Assembly (NCBI RefSeq): GCF_009914755.1
Contig: NC_060925.1
Source of the DNA: the human T2T-CHM13v2.0 reference genome, Homo sapiens
Strand: one strand, 5' to 3'
DNA length: 64,000 nucleotides
The notes beneath the pieces were generated by a model. That model made no database searches, was not told the origin of the DNA, and worked only from the letters and a program-made list of their open reading frames with translations. Below, one piece after another: positions 1 to 12,918 of the stretch. Each line of letters opens with the position of its first letter. Position 1 is the first letter of the stretch. A program made the position numbers and the translations under genes.

Positions 1-164
1 AGAAGCTTTATTCATAAAAGCTTCAAGCTGGAAACAACATAAATACAAATCAACAGGTGAACGGATAAACCAATTGTATATCCATGCAAAGAAATACTAC
101 TAAGAAATTAAAAAAACACAGTCATGTGCAACAACAAGGATATGTCTCTAAAACATTATGCTGA

Positions 165-535
<371 letters not shown>

Positions 536-769
536 CTAGGAAAATATGAATTTAATGTGTAAGTGACAGAAAACAGATCAATGGTTGCTTGTGTCTGGGA
601 ATTTTTGGGGTGCATAACTGGGAAGGGGTATAAAGATACTTGTAATATCAAGAAATGTTTATATTCTTACTTTGGTGGTATTAATAGAGGTGAATATATT
701 TGTCAAAATGTATTGCACTGTACACTTAAAATGAGTGTATTTTATCTTATGTAACGTCTATCTTTTTAA

Positions 770-1082
<313 letters not shown>

Positions 1083-1130
1083 CTAAAGTTTTTTTTTTGT
1101 TTTGTTTTGTTTTAAAGATAACAGATTTTC

Positions 1131-1416
1131 GGCCAGGTGCGGTGGCTCACATCTGTAATCTCAGCACTTTGAGAGGCCGAGGCCGGCAGATCACGAAGTC
1201 AAGAGATCGAGACCATCCTGGCCAACATGGTGAAACCCTGTCTCTACTAAAAATACAAAAATTAGCTGGGCGTGGTGGCGTGCGCCTGACGTCGCAGCTA
1301 CTCAGGAGGCTGAGGCAGGAGAATCACTTGAACCTGGGAGGCAGAGGTTGCAGTGAGCCGAGATTTGCCACTGCACTCCAGCCTGGCGACGCAGCAAAAC
1401 TGTCTCAAAAAAAAAA
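1131..1416 (+). mobile_element. Alu (AluSc-like)
   Basis: Full dimer; ACAGATTTTC repeated on both flanks. Confidence 0.9.
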
Positions 1417-1431
1417 GGATACAGATTTTCA

Positions 1432-1762
<331 letters not shown>

Positions 1763-4354
1763 TTATAAAATATTTACAGTTCTAATAAGATGAAAAATAA
1801 TATGAAATGAAAAGTAAACTGCTGCTTAAAATAATAGATTATATTGTCTTCATGATGCAGCTATAGAGACGGCTCTCATTTATTGAAAGTACTCGTGGGG
1901 TTTTTTTGGAGAAAAATAATTGATGAAAAGTAGTATCGCAACTTATTTAATCAAATCTGAAAAGGAAATGGAATGTGAGGGGAGATATGATGATTCCTTC
2001 AGGGGATCATGAGATTGAGAAAATATTTCTCTTTAAAGGGAAATATTTGAGCAGTTTAAGTGCTACTAGGAAGACTTAGGAAGGTAGAAGCAGTTAAAGA
2101 TTCTTGTTTACAAGTGCATAACTGGGAGAGTGAAGTTCCTGAGAAGCAAGTTGCCTCAAAACACAGTATGATTGTTCAGTTTTAGGAGTAGTCAGAAAGA
2201 CATTTCCCATGGTTGTAACAGGAAGAAAGGAGGTAAGAATGGGTATAGATTTTCACACATTTGTAGATTTGGGTCTCAGAAAGTTGAAGGTGTTCCTGTC
2301 AGAAATCTTATGTTTTCTGTGAACTAGAAAATAAAGTCATCTTCTGAGAGTAAGAATGGAGATGGTTGTTGCAGCGGATTAGAGAAATCCTGAAACTGGG
2401 AGAAAGGGCTGTGGAGCAGCATTGAGGCCCAGCTAGACATCCTACATTTAAAGTATTTGCACAGTGCTGGGATTTTTTTCCAGCCCCATTCTGCAGCAAT
2501 AGTGCACCAAGGGATGATATGGACATTTGCACACATACAAGTTTGGGAGATAGAACAAGAGGCAAGGGAGTTGAGGACACTGGCAAAAGAGTGATTTCAG
2601 TGATGAACCTGCAGTCTAATCTGTAGAAAAGATGGGAAGACTCAAAGACACTGGTCCACAAGCAGAATATCGAGGTAGTGGATGAACAATCCAGAGAGAG
2701 TAGACTGGCTAACTGAGGGAAAGGACTTAAAAAGAGAAGAGCAGAGAGCCAAAAATGGACCCTTAGAGAACATCTGTCTTTGGTTGGACGGGATCCTCCC
2801 CCTACAAAACAAACAAACCAACCGGGGGAAAAATAAAGGGAGGGGAAGGGAAGCATAAAATTAAAGTCAGAGAAATATCACAGGAGTTACTAGAATGGTA
2901 TCCATCCTATTTCCCTTGTTCAAGAAATGAATGTATTTCTTTATTGTTCATTGTAGAAAAACGAAGCACAAGGCTTGACTATACAGTGGCCACTCAATAG
3001 ATATCTGCTGAAGAACGAATGAATGAATAGTAAATGCAAATTTCTTATTCAAACCTTAAAAATATCCTCTATTATCTGTCTTTCTAGCTGTTTATTTTTC
3101 CTTAAACAGCCTATACATAGTTGAATAATTACTCTGGGAAGCAATGGAATTGTAATTTGTGTTGAAGCCAGACACAATTTGGTTCAAATTCTAAAACTAC
3201 CAGACACTAGACTGATCATGGCAATGTCTGACAAAAGTTTTCCTCCCCTACCTGCTCTCTCCCCTCCCTTTGGGGATTCGAAGGTAGAAGATAGTAAGAA
3301 CAAGGCCTTTCCCCAAATAGCAGTTTTATCTCCCAAGATGATCTGGATTTTAAATTACTATGTGCAAAGTTACTAGGGATGCAAAAATGAATTAAAACAG
3401 ATTTTACTGTAAAGGAATTTTTGAGTCTGATGGGGGAGTCAGACGTAGACATAAATACAAGACAAGACACGGCGAAAATCCTAAACATGAAGTTTGCAAG
3501 TTCCAGGAAAGGTCTAGGAAATAATTATCTCTAAGGAGTGGGTGGGATTAGGGAGGTTTTATAAAAAAAGTGACACTTGAATTGGGTACTGCAGGAACAG
3601 TCTAATGAAAGGTAAAGTCAGGGGGCTGGAAAGTTTGGTACCTATTGAGGCAGACAACAGCATTAGAGATCTATTACTTTAACAATTAATTGTTTTGCTT
3701 CTGCCTTTAGAAGCTTATTTATAGTTTAATAGGGAAATAAAACGAGTATATAACATACATAGAAAACTAGTGGGCTTCACGAAAAGCATTACACCCCGTT
3801 TTGAGGATTCTTCTGAATTTTAAATTCTGATGCAGTGTCCTCCCCCCACGCCTTAATCCCGGAAAATAAGTGTTCAGAATCACGTCTTAGAAATATGAAC
3901 CATAAAGGACAGCATTTAAGAGCGACATCCTGCATTGCGTAGATTCAATTTCAAATTACTGTACTTAGCTTCTATGAGCCTGTTAACTTTTTAATAAAAT
4001 GAGGATAATACTTTCCTCAAAGAATTGTTAAGAACGACACCGGATAAAGAATGCATGACAAACACAGCACCTAGTATCTATGTCCTAAATTTACGTTTAA
4101 TTAAGTAGATTGGTACGTGCAGTTTAAAAGAGGTTTCACCAGGCAGCACAGTTCCCCTGGCTGTAGGCGATAGACCACGCCTTCCTAATCAGCGGGCGCA
4201 TTCCCTGACTTTTGCGGAAATAGCGGTCCAAAACCGCGTCTAGCATTAGCAAAAGCACGTGGTCTCCGTCTCCCCGCAACAACAAAAAAGAACAGTAAAC
4301 TCCGGCGCAGGCACCTCCAGTAGAGGGCTTGTTTTTAAAATCCATCCGAAAGGG

Positions 4355-4465
4355 CCAATCAGACGCGGCAGTCTGAGTGCGCAGGCGCGGATTGGTCCGC
4401 AGCTACTTAGAGTGACCAATAGGCGTGGAGGTAAGTTTGGTTGAGACCAGAAGCGGGCGAATTGG
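4355..4465. promoter_or_regulatory. Four NF-Y CCAAT boxes
   Basis: CCAAT 4355-4359, ATTGG 4391-4395, CCAAT 4416-4420, ATTGG 4461-4465; multiple CCAAT boxes typify G2/M promoters. Confidence 0.8.
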
Positions 4466-4575
4466 GCACCGGTGGCGGCTGCGGGCAGTTTGAATTAGAC
4501 TCTGGGCTCCAGCCCGCCGAAGCCGCGCCAGAACTGTACTCTCCGAGAGGTCGTTTTCCCGTCCCCGAGAGCAAG
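4443..4575 (+). other. CENPF: CENPF exon 1 (5'UTR; TSS approximate)
   Basis: Ends at donor CAAG|GTGAGC (intron starts 4576); TSS cannot be fixed from sequence alone. Confidence 0.85.
4480..4494 (+). promoter_or_regulatory. CDE/CHR element (DREAM / MMB-FOXM1 site)
   Basis: TGCGG-GCAG-TTTGAA: canonical CHR TTTGAA (4489-4494) with a GC-rich CDE 4 nt upstream. Confidence 0.8.
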
Positions 4576-5077
4576 GTGAGCGTCCTGACTGGGTCCGGAT
4601 CCTGGCCCTGGCGGCGGGCGGTAGGCGGCGGGCGGCGTGGGGGTGCCGCTGGCTTTTTGCCGGCGGGTACTGGGCGGGGAGGCCTCTGGGATCACTCTCC
4701 CGGCCCTGTAGGTGCCGGGGACCGCCCCCTCCCACCCGACCGAACTGGAGAATCCGCCCCGGGATGTGGTTCGTAGGGGTGTCTGCGCCCTTCTGCTCGG
4801 GTTCAAACTGGTCTCGGATTAGTGTCCCAGACCCTACTCGGTCACGGACTCACACTTTAGGGGATCATTTTCTTCCTCCGTAAAAGAATTGGAGATGACT
4901 AGGTATTTCCAAGCCGCCTTCCCAGTCCCGTAACCAACCTTATTGAAATTCAGGCCCTGGTCCTTTGTTTTATTGAGTAGATGTAAGCTTGAGTTTTGAT
5001 CTGGTTGGCGACGTGGGGTGCCTATGGTTAGTTACGCGAGCATTTCTCTTTCCCCTCTCTTCTTCCTCCCGTCCACA

Positions 5078-5216
5078 TTTTTTTTTTTCTTTTTTTAAAT
5101 AGAGATAGGCCTCCCTATATTGCCTAGGCTGGTCTGGAACCCCTGGGCTCAAGGGATCCTCCCGCCTTGGCCTCTGTAAGTGCCAGGATTACAAGCATGA
5201 GCCACTACGCCCGGTC
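5078..5216 (-). mobile_element. FLAM / Alu left monomer
   Basis: T-tail plus reverse monomer. Confidence 0.8.
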
Positions 5217-6587
5217 CTCCCTTCCACATTTATTTGAACGCGCCTGTGTGCCCGGCTCGGCTGTGTAATGAGGACCCAGAAATAAAAGGCATGGGTCGTG
5301 TCCTTGAGCCTGACCTAGAGGAGAAGGCAGGGTTATCATTCTCAGACCCAGCCTTGGTACAGTGCACGGGGACTCTGGCTTTTTGGAGGAGGTGGGGAAT
5401 TCTGACAACGGGAAAGCAGTGGTGGAGGTGGGGCAGGAGGAGGTCACACAAGAGCTTCCTTGGGGACTAAGGGACTGGGTAGTTCGGGCATGAAGAGTGC
5501 CCTCCACGTATTTAAGAGATAAAGATACAGCATTTTCTGGAAAGGACAATAGTCCTGCAAGTCCTCCATGCAGGAACCTTCATCCAGGGCTTTTCTTCAC
5601 TCCCCACCTCGATTCCCTGTTCCTCAAAAGTAAACTTCTGGGTTTATTTTTTTGTTCTTTTGCCCCAATGGCCCAATACAGGTGGCTGATAGCTGATCCC
5701 TTAATGGGCCAAAATCTGCTCTAATCACAGTTAGCTTGGTCTACATCTATATTGTTCTCTATCTTAGACTTTGGAATGGAAAAGCATTCAGCTTGCCAGT
5801 CTTCTTTATGTTTATTCCCCTCATTTTCTAATCATCTTTCTAAATTGCTCCTTTTTATATTCTGTTGGCTATAGCATCTTGATGTAATGATTTCAGTTGC
5901 TGGCTGAATTGTTTAGGGCAATTACAGTTGTGTGTCTCTGGGTACAGTTCTTTGACTCCTGACAAACTAGATTGGAATGGAGGATATTGAGACAGGGTCA
6001 GTTGTCCTTTGTTGGTTGAGAGGCATGTGACTCCTTTCAGTAGTTTTGGGATAAATGGGAGTGGAATACAAGATGCTGTGTTCCAAGAACTGAGAGCTAG
6101 AAAAAAAAACAAAACTGGTAGCAAAACACAGCTTTCCAGGGCTTTGATATCCAACTTATATGTTGTCTAAGACCTTTGCTTCTCCCTCTTAATTTTTTTT
6201 ATTGTTCTTAGTACTTTCATGAACTGCTTATTGTTTTGATAAAAAGTTTCATTGATAAAATCGATTGAAAAAAACCATTAAAATGGCCGTTAACTTTATT
6301 TAGTAAAAAAACAAATTCTCAAACTCTTGCCTAAGTAACTGGAAAATGAATGATTTTTCTTTTTGTTTATGTTCTGAAGGCTAAAATAAAGGAAAGTTGC
6401 TATATTTTCTTCCAGCTGATTTCTATTTCCTAAGATGTGGCTGAGAAGGAGGTAGGCCACTTCACCCTTTGTACCATAGGCTGAAATATACAAGTGAAAA
6501 AGTGTTTTTAAAAAGTATGTAATAGCTAACATATATGGAAAGCTTACCAGGAAAGCTTACTGTTTCTAAGGCCTTAGGAAGTCACCA

Positions 6588-6690
6588 TCATTATTATCCT
6601 CATTTTACAAACAAGGGAAACAAGGCATAGAGCAGCTAAATAACTTGCCCAAGGTCATACATCCGTAAGTGCCTGAGCTAGAAGAATCCG
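6588..6690 (+). mobile_element. MIR fragment hosting the retrocopy insertion
   Basis: cattattatcctcattttaca...aacttgcccaaggtcatac...gtaagtg matches the MIR core. Confidence 0.7.
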
Positions 6691-6695
6691 CTTTG

Positions 6696-9600
6696 TTTTT
6701 TTTTTTTTTTAAATTTTAAATCTTTAATTTCTGTTTTCACGTATTTTCTTCTTGCTTCCAAAAGGAAAGGAGTGCGTAGCTCTGTTGCCTGTACATCGTC
6801 CACAGCCCCTGGGTTGGAGCGGGGTCCCCTGGGCCGCCCGGGGGTCCACATGCAGCCCCTGGGGGGCCGGCGCGGGGTGAGGTCCGGGGGCTGCCTTATT
6901 GCTGAGGTCTGGCCGGTTGGTGCCGCCGCTAGGCGAGCTGGCTGGCAGCTCCTGGGAGATGAAGCGACGCAGGCCCTCCAGGTACTGGCTGTAGAGCTCG
7001 ATGTCGTTGTGCCTGGTGCCCTCCACCCACAGCGGCTCCACCGCCTTGGGGCAGCGCTCGTAGAGCGCCAGCCCGTGCGAGAAGTCGATCACCTCGTCCT
7101 CCGTGCCGTGGATGATGAGCACGGGCGACGTGATCTTGGACACCTTCTCGATGTTAGGGAAGGCGTCGAAGCAGTAGGTCTTCTTGGTGTCGGGGAAGGC
7201 GACGCGCATGCCCGAGGTGAGCGGCGAATGCAGCACCACCGCGGCACACTCGTAGCGCGAGGCCAGGTCCACGGTGGGCACCGTGCCGATGCTCTGCCCG
7301 TACAGGATGATGCTGTCCGGGCTGATGCCGTACCTGGAGGCGCCGGAGCAGGGTCAGCCGCGGCCTCCGACGCGCGCGCACCCTTCCCGCCAGCGGGCGT
7401 CCCCGGGCCCAGCTCCGGATGCGACCCTCCAGTCTCCCCACTCAGCCAAGTCAGTGGGTCAGGCCCAGGCTCCACACCAGTCCCGAGGGCCACCCCCAGC
7501 CCTCAACACCGCGGCGGTGGGCGAAGCCAGCGGCCCCACCCCGTTCCCTGGCGCTGCCGTTCCCTGGCGTTTCCTAGCTAGGATCTGTAGGGATCCCGCC
7601 TACGGAGTGGCCCTGGGGCGGAGGTAGGGGAGGCCCTGGCGCCTCTCCTCCTGATCACCCCTAGGTGCACACTGGGAACTGTGTGCCCCCCACATCCTGA
7701 ATGCTTCACGCCTTCCTGCCCGGGTTAGAAAGCCGTTCCTGGTGCACTGGCCAGGACAGCGGACACTCTTCCTCCCTGCAGCCCTTGCCCACCCCCTTGG
7801 CCATGAGGAATTCAGGCAGCTGTGTCCCCAAATGTCTCCACCCAATTTTGGACTCTCGGAGTCCCCACGCCCAATGAGATGCCAGTGCAACCCAGGTCAG
7901 CATCGAGGGTCGTGGCTGCGGAGGTGGCACCCCCTCCCACCAGCACCTTCCCTTGGGAGTGGACAAGTCCTCGGCCACCTCAGCATCACCAGCTCCCACC
8001 CAGGGCCACCCCCACCCCCAGGTCACTGGTGTGCAGCCCGTGACCCAGCTGATCCAGCACCAGTTACAAGGCCTCCTCGTGCCCAGTCCCAACCACGCGG
8101 GACCCACCTGCCACCCTGCCCATGCCGGGACCCCACAACTCTCCTCCCACACGCTCCAGGCTCTGATCCCAGGCAGATGCCCTCTTGCAAGGCAGGAGCA
8201 TGGGCAGGTGTGCGTCCCCTCTGCCTGGCATTCGGACTCCACCAGCAGGGCTGTCCCCCTCCCTGGCCTGGAATCCCAGCCTCCTGGCAGCACTCCACAG
8301 CTCGCCACTCACCCATGCCCCAAAGGATGCTGCCTGGCTTGTGCCTGTGGCCCCAGCTCTGCCTTAGCCTCCCTGGCCTGCTCCCTGGCAGCCATGGTCA
8401 GTAGTGTGCTGAGCCAGCCCAGCCCTGTCACCTGCTACCAGGCAGGAGCCCCCAGCTGCCACCTGGATGTCACCACTCAAACGAACAGGACACATCCCCA
8501 GTGGAGGCCCTGGGCATGCTCTGGCCTCCCCCTCACAGCTCTGGGCCTAGGTTCCTGCAGGACAAAGTGGCAGCAGGACAGATGGCCGAGCAGACAGAGC
8601 TCAGAGCTGGCCATGGCGGGTGTGACTCTGCCAGTGGCCCAGGCAGTAGAGACAGGAGGGGCCGAGGAAGTCGCATGAAGTGGTTGGTGTCAGCGCCCCA
8701 CACTGCTGGGAGGCCCCTGGAGCCAGGGTGGTGCCAGGGGACCAGCTCCCAGGCCCACAGCAGGGACTGCCTGCAATATCACCAAGGCAACGAGGACCCC
8801 ACCTCCCCAGGGCCTCTGACTTCTCAGAGCTATGCCTGGTCCCTGCGGGAGCAGGTCAGACCAGTGGGCTGGGCAGGGCCAGGACGAGACAGCCCCAGTG
8901 GATGGCGAGCAGGAAAGGTCACCAGAGGCCCACCCGGGTCTCCTCATCCAAAGCAGCACTGGCCCGGGCGGTGCTCAAACACCAGTGAAGGCCCCAGGCA
9001 AGCGCAGGGCTGGGGACCTGGATGACTAGGAGGGCTGGATCTGGAATGGAGGCTGGCCCAGACCTTGGATGTGTGCTGGGGGTCTGCACCTGACCCTGCA
9101 GGCCCTGCCCCAGGATGGCCAAGCTCCGCAGCCACAGGGCCTCATGGGCCAGGCCTCGGGACCTGGATGCAGCAGCCTCGCCTCACTTGGCCCCAAGTGC
9201 TGCCTCGGCCGATGGGGCCCCAGCCACACGTGCACAGACCCCCAGACACCACCCACTCCCTCCCGCCGGGTGGCATCCACGCCCCTGTGACAAGCTCAGC
9301 CCCTTCCCGTCCTCAGGCCAGGGGTTCCCAGGGAGCCTGGCTCCACAGGCCAGGGTGTGGAAGGACCGCCTGGCCACACCTCAGCCATGTGGAGGCTGCA
9401 CCTGCACACCCAAGCTCGCCTGTCCGGCTCTCTGGCCCTGTGCATCCACTGTGGCTCCCCTCCTGCAGAGCCGCCCACCTTCCTCCCAGGGAAGCCCGCC
9501 CCCCGGCCCCCGGCCTGGTCCCCTCTTGGGTGTGCCCAGGCTGAGCTGCCCCCAGGGTTGCCCTCACCTGGTGCGCAGGGCCTGCCAGGCGGCGTCGATG

Positions 9601-10457
9601 TCGGCATAGAGGTTCCTCTCGGAAGGCCTACCCGAGCTGGCACCGTAGCCGGAGTAGTCGTAGGAGAAGATGTTGCAATGGAGGCGGGAGCCCAGGCCAA
9701 TGTAGAAGCTGCTCATCTGGCCCAGGTCCACGGCATTGCTGTGCGAGAAGAGGACCGTGTACCTGGCACCAGTCACGCAGCGAACATACATGCAGGAGAC
9801 GCGGTTGCGGCGGGCGCTCTTGGTGGGGAAGACCTCAATGGTGTCCAGCTCGCGCTGGCTGTACTGGAAGTCGGCGCGCTCCGTCAGGTGCAGCTTCCAG
9901 CGCCCGGGTGCGCCCGAGGAGGCCCGCAGGGTCCCCAAGGGGGCGGCCCCGGCCCCACCAGGCCCCGGCTCGGGCTCAGTCACCAAGGAATAGGTGGCCT
10001 CCGGCGGCAGGAAGGCGAGCTTGGCAGCGATGCGGCCGGGGCAGGGCGGGCAGCAGAAGAGGCAGCAGAGCTCACTCAGCGACAGCCCGTTCATGGCGGG
10101 CGCCGCCCGGGCCAGGCCCCCACCGGGGCCCCAGCCAACAACGCCGCCCGGCCTGGCCCGGCAGGGGAGGGGTGGGGGTGCTCCGAGTCGCGGGCAGGGG
10201 GGAGGGCGCCCCCCCAGCTACGGCCCCAGACGGCAGCCCCGTTAGGAGGCCAGGGCCCAGCCCCATCGCGGTCCAAGCCGAGCCCCAGGGAGCCTCGCAA
10301 CCACAGGTCTCCATGTCACGCCGTGGGAAGCCCACCCCGGCCCGCGCCCCTGGGCCCCAGGGCCGCACTCCATGGCGCCTGGCCGCCTGCCCGTGCGTCC
10401 GTCGGTCCCTCCGCGCCCCGGCCGGCCTCCTGCATCGCCACCGCCGCAGCTCCCCCC
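6696..10457 (-). pseudogene. ABHD17AP3: Semi-processed ABHD17A (protein depalmitoylase) retrocopy, antisense in CENPF intron 1
   Basis: [28 protein letters not shown]... (10094-9568) and [16 protein letters not shown]...HNDIELY (from 7333). Poly(T) 6696-6710, ATTAAA (minus) 6728-6723, TSD GAAGAATCCGCTTTG at 6681-6695 and 10458-10472. The P3 number is from recall. Confidence 0.93.
7334..9567 (-). other. Retained parental intron inside the ABHD17A retrocopy (2234 bp)
   Basis: Minus strand: ACCAG|GTGAGG donor at 9567; CTGAC branch-like motif, then CCTGCTCCGGCGCCTCCAG|G acceptor at 7334; interrupts the Arg176 codon (AG|G). Confidence 0.9.
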
Positions 10458-11252
10458 GAAGAATCCGCTTTGAATCTCTAAGGTTGTACTGTATATGTCT
10501 TTCCTGGTCAGTGTCTGTCTGGAGCATGACTTTACCACCTTTTGCAGTGATTCTAGTACTAATACGGCATTCACTCTTCATTCATGCATGCATTCATTAT
10601 TAAAAAATGATAACTGCTTGGAAGGAGATGGGCTACCTGTGCTGTGAGTAACTATGATGGGAAACTATGGCCGGGTCAGGGATCTCAGAAAAGTTTCCCA
10701 GAGGAAGAGGGACAAAGTGTGAGTGGTAATTAACCATGTGAAGAGGGAAAGAGGAGCATATGCAGAATATCTTGTCATGCATTTTCTTTGTTTATAGGAC
10801 CTATTTCACCTGAAAACCTTATGGCAAAATATTATTTTTTTCTTAGCTTTTATTTTTGGTTCAGGGGTACACATGCAGGTTTGTTTTACAGGTAGACTCA
10901 TGTCATGGGGGATTGTTGTACAGATTATTTTGTTGCCCAGGTACTAAGCCTAATACTCAATAGTTATTTTTTCTTCTGCTCTTCCTCCTCCAACTCTCCA
11001 CCCTCAAGGAGGCCTCAGTGTCTGTTGTTCCCTTCTTTGTGTTCATTTGGTTTTCTGTTCTTGCATTAGTTTGCTAAGGATAATGGCCTCTAATTCCATC
11101 CATGTTCCTGCAAAAAACCATGATCTCATTCTTTTTTATGGCTGCATAGTATTCCATGGTATATGTGTACTACATTTTGTTTATCCAATCTGTCACTGAT
11201 GGGCATTTAGATTGATTGCATGTCTTTGCTATTGTGAACAGTGCTGCAATGA

Positions 11253-11429
<177 letters not shown>

Positions 11430-12358
11430 TGAATGATTTATATTCCTCTGGGTATATACCCAGGAATGAGATTGCTGGGTTGAATGGTAGTTCTGTTTTT
11501 AGCTCTTTGAGGAATTGCCATACTGCTTTCCACAATGGTTGAACTAATTTGCACTCCCACCAAAAGTGTATAAGTGTTCCCTTCTCAACTTGGCCAGCAT
11601 CTGTTATTTTTTAACTTTTTAATCATAGCCATTCTGACTGGTGTGAGATGGTATTTCATTGTGGTTTTAATTTGCATTTCTCTAATGATAGTGATATTGA
11701 GCTTTTTTTCATATGCTTGTTAGCCACATGTATTTTTTTTTTTTTTTTAGAAAAGTGTTCATGTCCTTTGCCTACTTTTTAATGGGGTTGTTGTTTTTCT
11801 CTTGTAAATTTAAGTTCCTTATAGATGCTGGATATTAGACCTTTATCAGATGCATAGTTTGTAAATATTTTCTCCCATTCTTTAGGTTGTCTTTTTACTC
11901 TGTTGAGTTTCTTTTGCTGTGCAGAAGCTCTTCAGTTTAATTAGATCTCATTTGTCAATTTTTGCTTTTGTTGTGATTGCTCTTAGTGTCTTTGTCATGA
12001 AATATTTGCCCATTCCTGTGTCCGGGATGGTATTGCCTAGGTTGTCTTCTGTGGTTTTTATAGTTTGGGGTTTTACATTTAAGTCTTTAATCCATCTTGA
12101 ATTAATTTTTGTATATGGTGTAAGGAGGGGGTCCAGTTTCATTCTTCTGCATATGGCTAGCCAGCTATCTCATCATTTATTGAATAGGGAATCCTTTCCC
12201 CATTGTTTGTTTTTGTCAGCTTTGTCAAAGATCAGATGGTTGTAGGTGTGCGGCTTATTTCTGGGCTCTCTATTATGTTCCATTGGTCTATGTGTCTGAT
12301 TTTGTACTAGTACCATGCTGTTTTGGTTACTGTAGCCCTGTAGTATAGTTTGAAGTAG

Positions 12359-12918
<560 letters not shown>

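Larger units (their letters stand above)
4140..4860. promoter_or_regulatory. CENPF: CpG island / CENPF promoter
   Basis: GC- and CpG-rich block around exon 1 within AT-rich flanks; boundaries approximate. Confidence 0.9.

Noticed and set aside
7600-9560. Many overlapping 60-240 aa ORFs
   Set aside because: They lie in the high-GC retained intron, where stops are rare in all frames; Pro/Gly/Ala-rich and unrecognisable.
6696-10457. Interpretation as a DNA-level (unprocessed) duplication of ABHD17A
   Set aside because: Poly(A) tail, perfect TSD and absence of the other introns indicate retrotransposition.
9357-10481. 374-aa plus-strand ORF (and the 269-aa ORF 6772..7581)
   Set aside because: Antisense shadows of the GC-rich ABHD17A coding sequence; stop-poor by codon bias, with no independent protein signature.
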